Shown here piece by piece: positions 1 through 9,712 of a DNA stretch of 64,000 nt. Each line of letters opens with the position of its first letter. Positions within the stretch are counted from its first letter, which is position 1. The position numbers were made by a program, and so were the translations under genes. The stretch spans positions 10,910-74,909 of the forward strand of contig CAZDRE010000008.1 in NCBI GenBank assembly GCA_964508155.1. Direction: 5' to 3'. The notes below the pieces were generated by a model, which worked only from the letters and a program-made list of their open reading frames with translations, searched no databases and was not told the origin of the DNA. This stretch comes from an uncultured Candidatus Bathyarchaeia archaeon (GTDB lineage Archaea > Thermoproteota > Bathyarchaeia > Bathyarchaeales > DTEX01).

Positions 1-2
1 CT

Positions 3-182
3 AAGTCTCAGAGGCTAACTACGGCCGTGATACATGCCGCAAGGGAGGTTATAAAGCGAAACTTTAAACTCATGTCTGAGGGGTTAAGTCCAGTCGCAAC
101 GGCGAGCTTCAGCGAGAAGGGAATAATACTTCATGATCCAATCCATAAGGAAGATATTGTGCTCTACGACAAGCCGATATAA
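3..182 (+). CDS. 3' end of a gene entering from upstream (KSQRLTTAVIHAAREVIKRN...YDKPI*), product unknown
   Basis: Open frame from the window edge to TAA at 180-182, co-oriented with the next gene; manual translation. Confidence 0.5.
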   Translation, partial: KSQRLTTAVIHAAREVIKRNFKLMSEGLSPVATASFSEKGIILHDPIHKEDIVLYDKPI

Positions 183-217
183 GAACGAATATGCATGGCA
201 AAAAGCGGTGGAGGATT

Positions 218-1624
218 ATGAGTAGAAAATATAGCCTTGAACCTGTAAGGGTCTCTAGGATAGAGACCAAGTATAGGAGGATAGTGACTCCGACTCTGCC
301 AACCCATAGAGTCATAGAGCTCATCAGGAAGCTTGAGAAGCATGAGCCCAGATCGATGTTCGGGCAGGTTCCAATAGGGATAAAGAGGACTTATGGAATA
401 AACATTGAGGATCTTGATGGAAACATCTTCCTAGACGCGACGAGCGGAGTTCTCGTAACGAATATTGGACACTCACATGAGGCCGTAGCTGAGGCTGTGA
501 AGGAACAGCTCAAGTGGTTCCATTTTGCTTATTGCTTCCCGTATGAGAAGAGGCTTGAACTAGTAGAGAAACTCGTAGAGATAACTCCTGAAAATCTGGA
601 TTGCGTCTTCCTATTGACGACTGGATCAGAGGCTGTTGAGGCTGCAATAAAGAATGCGAGGAGATATGGCATAGAGACGGGCGGCCCAGAGAAGAGGGTT
701 ATAATCTCATTTAAGGGAGCCTTTCACGGTAGAACTATGGGCGCGCAGATGGCCGGGGGGATCGAGCCGCTTAAGAGCTGGATAGGATATCAAGATCCGG
801 GATTGATCCAGGTTGAGTTTCCAAACTGCTATCACTGCTGGAAGGGAAGAGATGATTACTCAAACTGTGTTGACGATTGTGTGGATTTGGTTAAGGCGAA
901 GTTTGAGGAGCTGGAGGGTAGAGTTGCGGGGGTCTTAAGTGAGACTTATCAGGGCAGAGGAGCGATCTTCCCTCCTGACGGATACTACCAGAAGATAGCT
1001 GAGATATGTAGGGAGAATGATGCGCTTCTAATATTAGATGAGGTTCAAGCTGGATTTGGGAGGACGGGTAAGCTCTTCGCTTTTGAACACTATAATGTAT
1101 CGCCTAATCTCCTCTGCATCGGGAAGGGCGTTACGAGCAGCCTTCCGCTCTCAGCTTTGATTGGCGAGAGCCGAGTGATGAATTACTTTGAGCCTGGAAG
1201 TATGACGAGCACTCACGGAGCGAATCCGGTCTGCGTGGCAGCAGCACTTGCAAGCATAAACGAGATACTGAAGGATGATATGTGGATCGTTAGGAACGCC
1301 GCTGAGACGGGCAGGTTTCTCGGCGACAGGTTGATGAAGCTGAAGGAGAAGTATGAGGAGGTTGGAAACGTAACTGGCAGGGGCATGGTTTATGGCATAG
1401 AGATGGTTAAGGACAGGGAGACTAAGGAGCCTCATGCCGACCTAGCCTTCCAGACGGTATTGGAGGCTTATCATAGGGGAGTCTTACTCTTCGCGCCGAT
1501 AGGTGCTGGGCATAACATATTGAAGATTAATCCGCCCCTCATAATGGGGAGGGAGGCAGCGGAGGAGTTAACCTACGTAATAGATGAGGCTATAGGAGCC
1601 GCCTTGGAGAAGATAAGCGGATAA
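218..1624 (+). CDS. Class III PLP-dependent aminotransferase (4-aminobutyrate/ornithine aminotransferase-like)
   Basis: FHGRT, DEVQAGFGRTG and IGKG (PLP lysine) motifs; GGAGG SD before ATG 218 (ORF track start 191). Confidence 0.9.
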   Translation: MSRKYSLEPVRVSRIETKYRRIVTPTLPTHRVIELIRKLEKHEPRSMFGQVPIGIKRTYGINIEDLDGNIFLDATSGVLVTNIGHSHEAVAEAVKEQLKWFHFAYCFPYEKRLELVEKLVEITPENLDCVFLLTTGSEAVEAAIKNARRYGIETGGPEKRVIISFKGAFHGRTMGAQMAGGIEPLKSWIGYQDPGLIQVEFPNCYHCWKGRDDYSNCVDDCVDLVKAKFEELEGRVAGVLSETYQGRGAIFPPDGYYQKIAEICRENDALLILDEVQAGFGRTGKLFAFEHYNVSPNLLCIGKGVTSSLPLSALIGESRVMNYFEPGSMTSTHGANPVCVAAALASINEILKDDMWIVRNAAETGRFLGDRLMKLKEKYEEVGNVTGRGMVYGIEMVKDRETKEPHADLAFQTVLEAYHRGVLLFAPIGAGHNILKINPPLIMGREAAEELTYVIDEAIGAALEKISG

Positions 1625-1637
1625 TCATGACCGGAGC

Positions 1638-2063
1638 TTAGGCTGACCCTTCAGGCTCAACTATGACGGCCGTTCCAGTCGCCGACACAACCACTACTCC
1701 AGCTTGCAGTCCAAGATCAGACGTCTCTAGGTCTAAGCCTACGATGGCGTTTGCCCCTATACTCTCGGCCTTATCCCTTAGCCTCTCAATAGCCTCCATC
1801 CTCGCCTTCTCAAGCTCAGAAGTGAAAGCAGAGATCTCTCCGCCCATTAAACTTTGAATTCCAGCTATGAACTTTCCTAGGAAGCCCCTTGTCCTCGGAA
1901 CTAAGCCAGTAACGACTCCTAGGACCTTCCTTATCTTATAGCCCGGTATAGTTGGAGTTGTAACTATTAAGAAATCCTCGGATGCAAACTCCAGCGGTGA
2001 GCCGCATTTATAGCAGTATCTTGAGCCCTCGGGAACCTCAGCTCCGCACTTCGGACAGATCAT
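1638..2063 (-). CDS. Zinc-ribbon + YbjQ/UPF0145 family protein
   Basis: N-terminal CPKC..CYKC; YbjQ-type TTPTIPGY...GANAIVG...ATGTAV. Confidence 0.85.
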   Translation of the reverse strand: MICPKCGAEVPEGSRYCYKCGSPLEFASEDFLIVTTPTIPGYKIRKVLGVVTGLVPRTRGFLGKFIAGIQSLMGGEISAFTSELEKARMEAIERLRDKAESIGANAIVGLDLETSDLGLQAGVVVVSATGTAVIVEPEGSA

Positions 2064-2304
2064 TTTAGATGCACCGATAGTATAGAATTGCTGTGGAGCC
2101 TTAAAAAGGATCGGTTGACATACATATTCGCCAAGAATTAGATGATCAATGCGTCATCTTACTGCTGAGGAAACTATCCGATGCAGGTTAAGAGGAACAT
2201 CGTGATCGAGAAGTAGGAAAGAGCCTAAAATAATAATGGATGATCACTTATAAGCGACTAGATTAGTATATTTTTTAAGTCGTCGCTTGAACGCTGAGAG
2301 GTGA

Positions 2305-2880
2305 ATGTTCTTGATTAGGATTTTGGGGATCGTTGGAAGCCCCAGAGTTGGAGGGAACACTGAACTCTTAGTGACTGAGGCTTTGAAGGCCGCTGAGGAG
2401 GAGGGGGCTGAGACTGAACTCATAAGATTAGCCAATATGGAGATCAGTCCATGCGATGCATGTCTAACATGCAGGGAGAGCGGGGAATGCAGGATAAAGG
2501 ATGACTTCCAGCATGTCTTTCAGAAGATGGTTGAGGCAGACGGGATAATCCTCGCCTCGCCCGTATACTTCAGCTCGGCGACGCCGAAGATAAAGGCTCT
2601 GATCGATAGGGCCGGATACCTATCAATGGCTAAGGGAAGAGTCTTCGAGAATAAGGTTGGAGCCGCAATGGCTGTTGCTAGGAGAGCCGGACAGAACTTT
2701 ACATTCGCCCAGCTCCTCTTCTTCCTATTACATCAGGGCATGATAGTTCCAGGATCGACATACTGGAATATAGCCTTCGGAAGGAAGAAGGGAGACGTAA
2801 GGGAGGACGAGGAGGGCTTAAGAACGGCGAGGAACTTGGGGAAGAAGATGGTTTGGCTGATAAGGAAATTGAAGGGTTGA
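2305..2880 (+). CDS. Iron-sulfur flavoprotein / flavodoxin family (NADPH-dependent FMN reductase-like)
   Basis: GSPRVGGNT, CDACLTC-x5-C cluster motif, ASPVYF. Confidence 0.9.
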   Translation: MFLIRILGIVGSPRVGGNTELLVTEALKAAEEEGAETELIRLANMEISPCDACLTCRESGECRIKDDFQHVFQKMVEADGIILASPVYFSSATPKIKALIDRAGYLSMAKGRVFENKVGAAMAVARRAGQNFTFAQLLFFLLHQGMIVPGSTYWNIAFGRKKGDVREDEEGLRTARNLGKKMVWLIRKLKG

Positions 2881-2902
2881 AGACGACGATTCTTCGGGGT
2901 TT

Positions 2903-3469
2903 ATGGGAGTGGTGGATACGAAGAATCCGAAATCCAACGGGAAGAAGTATTTTAGGGCGTTATATCCCGGGAGGTTCCAGCCATTCCATCTCGGCCACTT
3001 AGAGGCTGCAAAGCATATACTGCGGGATTCATCTGAGGTTATCTTCATGATCGGCAGTGCGCTTCAAAGCCACACATTGAGGAATCCGTTTACATCCGGG
3101 GAGAGGATGACGATGATACGTTTGGCGCTATCCGAGATAGGAATTGATCCAGCAAAATATTATATTGTGCCAGTTCCGGATTTGGAGATACATGCCATAT
3201 GGGTCTCGCATGTATGCTCATTAGTTCCGAGATTCGATGTTGTCTATTCTAATGAGCCCTTAACAAGGAGGCTCTTCATCGAGGCGGGATTCAAGGTTGA
3301 GGGCATACCATTCTATAGGAGGAAGGAGTGCTCGGCAACGGAGATCAGAAATAGGATGCTATACGGCGGGGACTGGAAGTCTCTGTTGCCCAAGAGCGTA
3401 GCCAAGTATATACTGGAGATCGGCGGTGTAGAGAGGCTTAGGGACTTATCCAAGACCGATAAGGTTTAG
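2903..3469 (+). CDS. nadM: Nicotinamide-nucleotide adenylyltransferase
   Basis: GRFQPFHLGH (HxGH), SHTLRNPFTSGER, SATEIR. Confidence 0.92.
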   Translation: MGVVDTKNPKSNGKKYFRALYPGRFQPFHLGHLEAAKHILRDSSEVIFMIGSALQSHTLRNPFTSGERMTMIRLALSEIGIDPAKYYIVPVPDLEIHAIWVSHVCSLVPRFDVVYSNEPLTRRLFIEAGFKVEGIPFYRRKECSATEIRNRMLYGGDWKSLLPKSVAKYILEIGGVERLRDLSKTDKV

Positions 3470-4255
3470 GCTCTCGGCGATCCTCTTCGATTTCTCCACT
3501 CCGGCCTCCAATGCGGATCCCATCTTCTCAGCCAATCCGGATCTCTCCATTCGCTTAAGGATCTCCTCTGTGACCCCTCCAGGAGTCGCAACCCTCCTAA
3601 TTATCTCAGAGATAGATAGTCCGGCCTCTAAAATCAGCTTTCCAGTTCCGATCATGGATTGAGCTGTCGCCCTCAGCGCCGTATCCTCCGGAAGCCCCAT
3701 CCTCACAGAAGCATCAATCAACGCTTTGACAATGAATGCCATATATCCCGGGGCGCATCCGCTGAGAGCCGTGATAACATCCATCATTTCCTCTGGAACC
3801 TCAACGAACCTTCCAAGCACGCCTAGAACCTTCTCTACGATGGCTTTTTCATCCTCTGAGAGTTTACTGCTGGTTGAGTAGGCTGAGAAGGATTCCTGAA
3901 CGAGAACCGCAAGATTTGGCATTACCCTAACGAATTTTGCCTCCGGAGCCATTCTCTCCAAGAGGTTTAGGCTAATGGCCGCGGCCATTGAGATCACAAG
4001 TTTACCAGCTATGGAATCCCGTATCTTCTTGATGACTGAGCCTACATCCTTAGGCTTCACGCAGATTATTATGACATCGGCATCCTCAGCGGCTTTCCTA
4101 TTGTCATCTGTCACGTGGACTCCGAGCTCCTTCAGGTTCATGATCTTCTCGACACGCCTCCGGGTTGCTATTATTCTCTCCGCTATGCGGCTCTTAACGA
4201 GGCTTCTGGCTATCGCCCCTCCTATAGACCCGGCGCCGATTATGGAGATTATCAT
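3446..4255 (-). CDS. proC: Pyrroline-5-carboxylate reductase
   Basis: GAGSIG Rossmann motif, RVMPN, ALSGCAP, VATPGGVT. Confidence 0.93.
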   Translation of the reverse strand: MIISIIGAGSIGGAIARSLVKSRIAERIIATRRRVEKIMNLKELGVHVTDDNRKAAEDADVIIICVKPKDVGSVIKKIRDSIAGKLVISMAAAISLNLLERMAPEAKFVRVMPNLAVLVQESFSAYSTSSKLSEDEKAIVEKVLGVLGRFVEVPEEMMDVITALSGCAPGYMAFIVKALIDASVRMGLPEDTALRATAQSMIGTGKLILEAGLSISEIIRRVATPGGVTEEILKRMERSGLAEKMGSALEAGVEKSKRIAESLNLIGLG

Positions 4256-4317
4256 TCCACATACCCCCGAATTCTCGAGCTGATAAAGACTTATCTGAAA
4301 CGCTCAATAAGAGTATA

Positions 4318-6741
4318 TTGTTTGGGGTCTCTCGGGGGATGGTTAGACTGGAGAGATGTAGATTCTGGCTTTTAGACATAAATTATGAGGTTAAGGATCA
4401 TAAGCCTCAAGTCTGGATTTGGGGAGTTGATGATCAAGGTAGGCGGGTATTAATCATTGACTCCTCTTTTGAGCCTTACTTTTACGCTCTTCTCGATGAG
4501 AACGCAGATCCAGAAGAGTTATGCACTAGGATAATGAATGAGAGGGCTATGCTTCCGCTTCTGCTTAGGGCAATTCCAGAGCAGAAGAGACTATTCGGGA
4601 AGCCGGTTAAGGCGGTGAGGATATATTGTCGGGATCCAGATGTGATTTCCAAGTATGCGAGGATCATAAGCAAATTTGAGGGTGTAAGGGAATGCTTAGA
4701 GACTGACATCCGATACTCAATGCGCTACTTGATAGATAATGATGTAACTCCATCCGCATGGCATGAGGTTGAGGTTGAAGAGGGCGGAGACCTAAATGTT
4801 CAGGTCGATAAGGTCTACATTGCACGTTCATCTCCAAGGAGAATTGAGAGGAATGACCTTCCGAAACTGAGGATCTTAAGTTTCTTCCCCGTATATTACG
4901 CATCTAAGGGCTCCCCGAAGCCGGAGAGGGATCCCATCGTTATAATCGCCACGGCAGCCAATAATGGAGAGAATAGGATATTCACAGCTAGAGAATATGA
5001 CGACGGGGATCTCCTCCGTTCCTTCATCGATTATGTTAGAAGCCTAGATCCAGACGTGATAGTAGGCTATCAGACGAATCAGAGGCACTGGCAATACCTT
5101 ATGGATAGGGCTAAAACTCTCGGGTTTGACTTAATAGTTGATAGGGCTGGAACATGGCCTCATAGAAGCGTTTATGGTCATATCTCGATAACTGGCAGAG
5201 CATCAATAGACATGTTTGACTTTGCCGATGAGCTGCCTGAACTAAAAGTTAAAACCCTAGAGAATATGATAGACATTCTCGGAGTTAAGAGCCTCGAGGA
5301 GCAGAGAATAATCGATGAGATAGAACATTCCGATTTTTGGGATGACGAGGAAAGACGTGGGGAGCTCGTTGAGTACGCGGCGGAGAAGGCGGACTGCATC
5401 CTCAAAGTCTTAATGGAAATGCTGATCTACGCCGTTGAACTCTCAAAGCTAGTCGGTTTACCATTGGATCATATAGGTAAGGCGGCCGTTGGATTTAGGA
5501 TCGAGTGGTATTTGATAAGAGAGGCCCATAGGATAGGCGAGCTGATTCCTGAGAAGACTGAGAAGCCATACAGGCCCTATGCTGGAGGGATGGTTCTTAA
5601 ACCCAAGCCTGGCATACACGAGAACATCTGTGTCTTAGACTTCAAATCCATGTATCCGAACATAATGATCGAGAAGAACGTCTCGCCGGATACTTATGTT
5701 CCTCCATCGATGCCTGAGCCTAAATCAGGAGTGAACGTGGCGCCTGAGGTTGGACATAAATTCAGAAAGGAGCCTCCTGGATTCTACAAGAGGGTTCTTA
5801 CGCAATTGATCTCGGCGAGGAATGAGATTAGAAGTGAGATGAAGAATCTCGATCCTACAAGCTTGGATTATCAGCTCTTAGATGCCCGTCAGAAGGCCGT
5901 TAAGGTGATAACGAATGCTGCTTATGGATATGCAGGTTGGATTGGAGCGAGATGGTTCAGAAAGCCCGTTGCTGAGGCAACGGCGGCTTGGGGGAGGAGC
6001 ATGATAATGAGGAGCATTGAGATAGCGAAGGATCTCGGCCTCGAGATAATATATGGCGATACTGACAGCCTCTTCATAAAGTATGAGCCTGAAAAGGTCG
6101 ATGTGCTCGTTAAGAGAATATCGGATGAGCTTGGATTGGAGATAAGGCCTGAGAAGATTTATAAGCGAATATTATTCACAGAGGCCAAGAAGAGATATTG
6201 TGGACTTCTCCCCGATGGAACCCTAGATAATGTGGGCTTAGAGGTTGTCCGCGGAGACTGGGCTAACGTCGCAAAGATCACCCAAGAGAGAGCCTTGGAG
6301 ATGATTCTGAAGGAAAACTCAGTTGAGGGGGCAGTTAAGTTCGTTAGGGGGCTGATCAATGACCTGCGGAGGCATAAGATCCCATTTAGGGATCTGATAA
6401 TATGGAAGACTTTGACCATGCCCGTGGATAAGTATAAGGTTAATGCTCCCCACGTTGAGGCTGCGAGGATATTGAAGCGGATGGGATGGAACCTGACAGC
6501 CGGAGATCAGATAGGCTACGTCGTCATTCAGGGAAGCGGCAGATTATATGAGAGGGTTAAGCCATACGCCTTGGCCACCTATGATGAGATAGATGTGGAG
6601 TATTATGTCAAGAAGCAGATTGTGCCGGTTGCTCTTAGGGTTCTATCGATGTTCGGGGTGAAGGAGAAAGATCTGATTTCCGCTCCTACCTCAATGAGAC
6701 CTAAGACCCTAACGGATTTCTTCGGAGCAGGTAAAGCCTAA
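4318..6741 (+). CDS. polB: Family B DNA polymerase (archaeal PolB3-like), proofreading domain apparently inactivated
   Basis: Polymerase motifs DFKSMYP, KVITNAAYGY, YGDTDS; C-terminal PIP-like TLTDFF; ExoI/II/III acidic residues absent. Confidence 0.95.
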   Translation: MFGVSRGMVRLERCRFWLLDINYEVKDHKPQVWIWGVDDQGRRVLIIDSSFEPYFYALLDENADPEELCTRIMNERAMLPLLLRAIPEQKRLFGKPVKAVRIYCRDPDVISKYARIISKFEGVRECLETDIRYSMRYLIDNDVTPSAWHEVEVEEGGDLNVQVDKVYIARSSPRRIERNDLPKLRILSFFPVYYASKGSPKPERDPIVIIATAANNGENRIFTAREYDDGDLLRSFIDYVRSLDPDVIVGYQTNQRHWQYLMDRAKTLGFDLIVDRAGTWPHRSVYGHISITGRASIDMFDFADELPELKVKTLENMIDILGVKSLEEQRIIDEIEHSDFWDDEERRGELVEYAAEKADCILKVLMEMLIYAVELSKLVGLPLDHIGKAAVGFRIEWYLIREAHRIGELIPEKTEKPYRPYAGGMVLKPKPGIHENICVLDFKSMYPNIMIEKNVSPDTYVPPSMPEPKSGVNVAPEVGHKFRKEPPGFYKRVLTQLISARNEIRSEMKNLDPTSLDYQLLDARQKAVKVITNAAYGYAGWIGARWFRKPVAEATAAWGRSMIMRSIEIAKDLGLEIIYGDTDSLFIKYEPEKVDVLVKRISDELGLEIRPEKIYKRILFTEAKKRYCGLLPDGTLDNVGLEVVRGDWANVAKITQERALEMILKENSVEGAVKFVRGLINDLRRHKIPFRDLIIWKTLTMPVDKYKVNAPHVEAARILKRMGWNLTAGDQIGYVVIQGSGRLYERVKPYALATYDEIDVEYYVKKQIVPVALRVLSMFGVKEKDLISAPTSMRPKTLTDFFGAGKA

Positions 6742-7868
6742 TCGGATATGCTATCGAAGGTTAATAGCTTAACGTTAAGCGGCTGCTTTATCACATCTGA
6801 GATCCTCGCTGCAACTAGATATCTGATCTTCTTTTCGGATGCTATGTCCACGAGCCTCTGAGTTATTACCCCATCGAAGACGACCGTGTCAACGCCGTCT
6901 ATCTCCTTAAGTCTCTCGGCCAATTCACTTACTGGCATACGCTCTATCTCTTTCATATTCTCATCCAATAGTATAGCCTCCAATGTGCCCTTCAGCTCCT
7001 CAATTGCATTCCTAATCTCCTTTGGGACGAGAACCCTTCTTCTCCTCTTCTTCTTAACCTCCTCTACTGGAACCCTCTTGCTCAGTGCCTCCTCGATCTC
7101 CTTCGCGTTTAAGTCCTCAACTTCCCTTCCCTTTGGGGCTCTCGCGACATACTTGATCCGCGCAACCTGAAGAAGCTCCTTCAATATTAGATCTCCACCG
7201 CGATCTCCATCTAGGAAGGCGGTTGCCTCCTTCTCCTTCGTCAACTTAATTATCGTCTCTGGAACCTTAACTCCCTCAAGGGCGATTACATTCTGTATTC
7301 CAGCCTTCAAAAGGTTTATAACATCCGCTCTGCCCTCAACGATGATTATCTCCTTGGCCGAGTCTATCTCCGGGCCGGCCGTTAACTTTTCAGGGCCATA
7401 CTTCTGAACCCTAGCCGCCCTAAGTATCTCCGAGACTTCACGGAATAACTCCTCTGTTTCAGGTTGCTTCTCGAGGTTCCATTCGTGAAGTATCTCCTTC
7501 GCCCTCTCTATTATGGCCTTCCTCTTGGATTCACGGACATCCTCTATTTTTTCTAAGTGGACATGAGCTCTGCACGGTCCGATCCGCTCTATGCTCTCTA
7601 TTGTCGCCGCTATTATCGCTGTTGAAACCCTATCGAGGCTTGTAGGTATTATTATTGAACCCTCAGTCTTATCCCTCTCAGACTTTAATTCTATCTCTAT
7701 CCTGCCTATTCTGCCCGTTTTCTGGAGCTCCCTTAGATCTAGTTCTGAACCGAATAACCCCTCGGTCTGACCGAAGATTGCTCCTACTACGTCGGGCTTC
7801 TCTACGACTCCCTCGACTACGAAGTTTGCGCGGATAACATACTTAACCGTGAAAGATTGAGAAGACAG
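6738..7868 (-). CDS. dnaG: Archaeal DnaG-type primase / exosome-associated protein
   Basis: The frame extends upstream of the ORF-track start (7310) through KYVI...GVVEKPDVVGAIFGQTEGLFG..LDLRELQKTGRIGRI and Toprim IIVEGRADV...DGDRGG; probable CTG start at 7868 behind GGTGA. Confidence 0.92.
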   Translation of the reverse strand: MSSQSFTVKYVIRANFVVEGVVEKPDVVGAIFGQTEGLFGSELDLRELQKTGRIGRIEIELKSERDKTEGSIIIPTSLDRVSTAIIAATIESIERIGPCRAHVHLEKIEDVRESKRKAIIERAKEILHEWNLEKQPETEELFREVSEILRAARVQKYGPEKLTAGPEIDSAKEIIIVEGRADVINLLKAGIQNVIALEGVKVPETIIKLTKEKEATAFLDGDRGGDLILKELLQVARIKYVARAPKGREVEDLNAKEIEEALSKRVPVEEVKKKRRRRVLVPKEIRNAIEELKGTLEAILLDENMKEIERMPVSELAERLKEIDGVDTVVFDGVITQRLVDIASEKKIRYLVAARISDVIKQPLNVKLLTFDSISD

Positions 7869-7936
7869 CTTTAATCACCTCTGTAGATGCTAATATCAAC
7901 GTTTAAACGTCCATGAATCTAATTTATGCCCATTAT

Positions 7937-8368
7937 TTACTGATTACCGTCTAATATATTCTTACCTATTTTCTCACTTAGAGTCTCAAGGTATCTCGCT
8001 AAGCCCTCCACATCCTTAATTTCTCTCCCCGCAAGCCCGATTAGACGCCTCCAAAATGTTATGTCAGACTTAACCTTCATGGCCTCGAGATGCTCCATTA
8101 AGCGCATGGTCCATTCACGTCCACGCCTATCAAAATCCATCAGTAGAATTGCCTCCTTAACTCCTAAGCGGCCTATCTCTCCAATAACGTCCAGAAATGG
8201 TCTGCCAGAAGATTTCGCCGGGAAAATCATACCGGATATTCCAAGCTTCCTCAAAGATTCAACATCCTTTCTGCCCTCAACTATCACTACAGCGCCCTCA
8301 GCCGTTCTCTCCCTTAAATCCCAAATGAGCTTGTTTAACTCCTCAAGTTTCCTCTCAAACGCATTCAC
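7937..8368 (-). CDS. Small Toprim-domain protein (UPF0292-like)
   Basis: VIVEGRKD and LMDFDRRG Toprim motifs. Confidence 0.85.
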   Translation of the reverse strand: MNAFERKLEELNKLIWDLRERTAEGAVVIVEGRKDVESLRKLGISGMIFPAKSSGRPFLDVIGEIGRLGVKEAILLMDFDRRGREWTMRLMEHLEAMKVKSDITFWRRLIGLAGREIKDVEGLARYLETLSEKIGKNILDGNQ

Positions 8369-8964
8369 TTATGGATCACCGAGCCATCTAAACTTGAATC
8401 TTTAATTAATGCACGCGCAAGGAGGCGTGCAACCCTCAATGGTTCCGGAATTGATCCATGAGACGTAAACTTATTCAGCACTCCTTTTGCTTCTTCTATG
8501 CTCATGCCTATAAACCTGATGTAGACGGTGTGTCCCGTAGACAGGGTGATAGCCGTTCTCTCCTTATTCCTCCTGTATGTTTCAACTCTAATCATCCAGT
8601 CATCTGGGAAATACTCCTTAAAGTATCTCTCCAGTCCAGTAGATTCATTGTATGTTACGCAGATGAGTGGAAGCCCGGTCTCATCTGAGACTTGATGTAG
8701 ATCTATAACGTTATACCAGCTTATTACACATCCATTCAGCATGAGCAGGTTAATATCATCCCTATTTAGGCTCTTATACATCTCCAAGATCTTGTCCGTC
8801 GCATCCATCCCGCCAACGGTCGCCCTAGAGAATGCAAACCCATCGATCATCATGTCTGCTCTCATCACGACCCCCGCTAGAATAGACTTTTCACTAACCC
8901 CCTTAATGAAGCTCTCAGATATGCCTAGGGTTCTAAAGCCCCTCTTATGAACGTGCAGCCGCAA
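8365..8964 (-). CDS. DUF99/UPF0215 family protein (endonuclease V-like fold)
   Basis: LGISESF, GVVMRAD, VGGMDAT, SWYNVID, IPEPLRVARL. Confidence 0.85.
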   Translation of the reverse strand: MRLHVHKRGFRTLGISESFIKGVSEKSILAGVVMRADMMIDGFAFSRATVGGMDATDKILEMYKSLNRDDINLLMLNGCVISWYNVIDLHQVSDETGLPLICVTYNESTGLERYFKEYFPDDWMIRVETYRRNKERTAITLSTGHTVYIRFIGMSIEEAKGVLNKFTSHGSIPEPLRVARLLARALIKDSSLDGSVIHK

Positions 8965-9139
8965 AACCGCTCCCTTCCAAGTATATTACTGAGGAAACTT
9001 ATATTTCATCTAATCTGATCTTTGCTGGTTGAGGCTGAATCCTAACATTAAGAAGTTAGATGTATCAATCTTCACGGTTAGACATAATACCTTAAATCAT
9101 TCAATCTATATAGATTTTACAGGGATTTTCGAGGATGGC

Positions 9140-9712
9140 ATGGTCTTGACTGATAGAAGAATAGAGTCAAGCATTAAGGATGCGGATTTCATCTTTGAGA
9201 ATAAGCCTTTAAGGGTGATAGCCATTAGAGACTCAGCTGAGATAGAGCTTGCAGGCATTAAGGTCGGGCCATTCGAGGAGGGAAACGAGTATGAATTGAA
9301 GTATTGGATTGCTAAGGAGCTCGAGAAGGCTGGGATGGTCCGCCTCAGGGATGAGCCTCTCTCAGCATCGAGGCTCTATCCGATACTTCATAGGGAGAGA
9401 ATTCAACCCGTGAGCAGTCTGTCATCCCTCCCCGAAGATTTTTATCCCCGATTGAGACGAACATTAAGGGAGCTTAAGAGGAATTCGAGGTCAAGCCCCG
9501 ATAAGATGAGAGAGTATGAGTATGTTAAGAATCTTTCAAAGGATATTGTTAGCTGTAGGCTGAAAAAAATAGTTTCGCTTGCCTCAACTTTGGGTCAGAG
9601 AAGCCAAGCTGTGAGGAACTTAACAGTGGAGGAGCTTGCCCTCTACGATGAGCTCAGCCGAGTGATTAGTGAGTGGAGGGAGAAGATAATCTCGGCGGAG
9701 GAGGAGGAATGA
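9140..9712 (+). CDS. gins23: GINS complex subunit (GINS23/Psf2-Psf3-like)
   Basis: B-domain then A-domain order (KYWIAKEL; LPEDFY; RLKKIV; NLTVEE); directly upstream of and overlapping mcm. Confidence 0.8.
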   Translation: MVLTDRRIESSIKDADFIFENKPLRVIAIRDSAEIELAGIKVGPFEEGNEYELKYWIAKELEKAGMVRLRDEPLSASRLYPILHRERIQPVSSLSSLPEDFYPRLRRTLRELKRNSRSSPDKMREYEYVKNLSKDIVSCRLKKIVSLASTLGQRSQAVRNLTVEELALYDELSRVISEWREKIISAEEEE

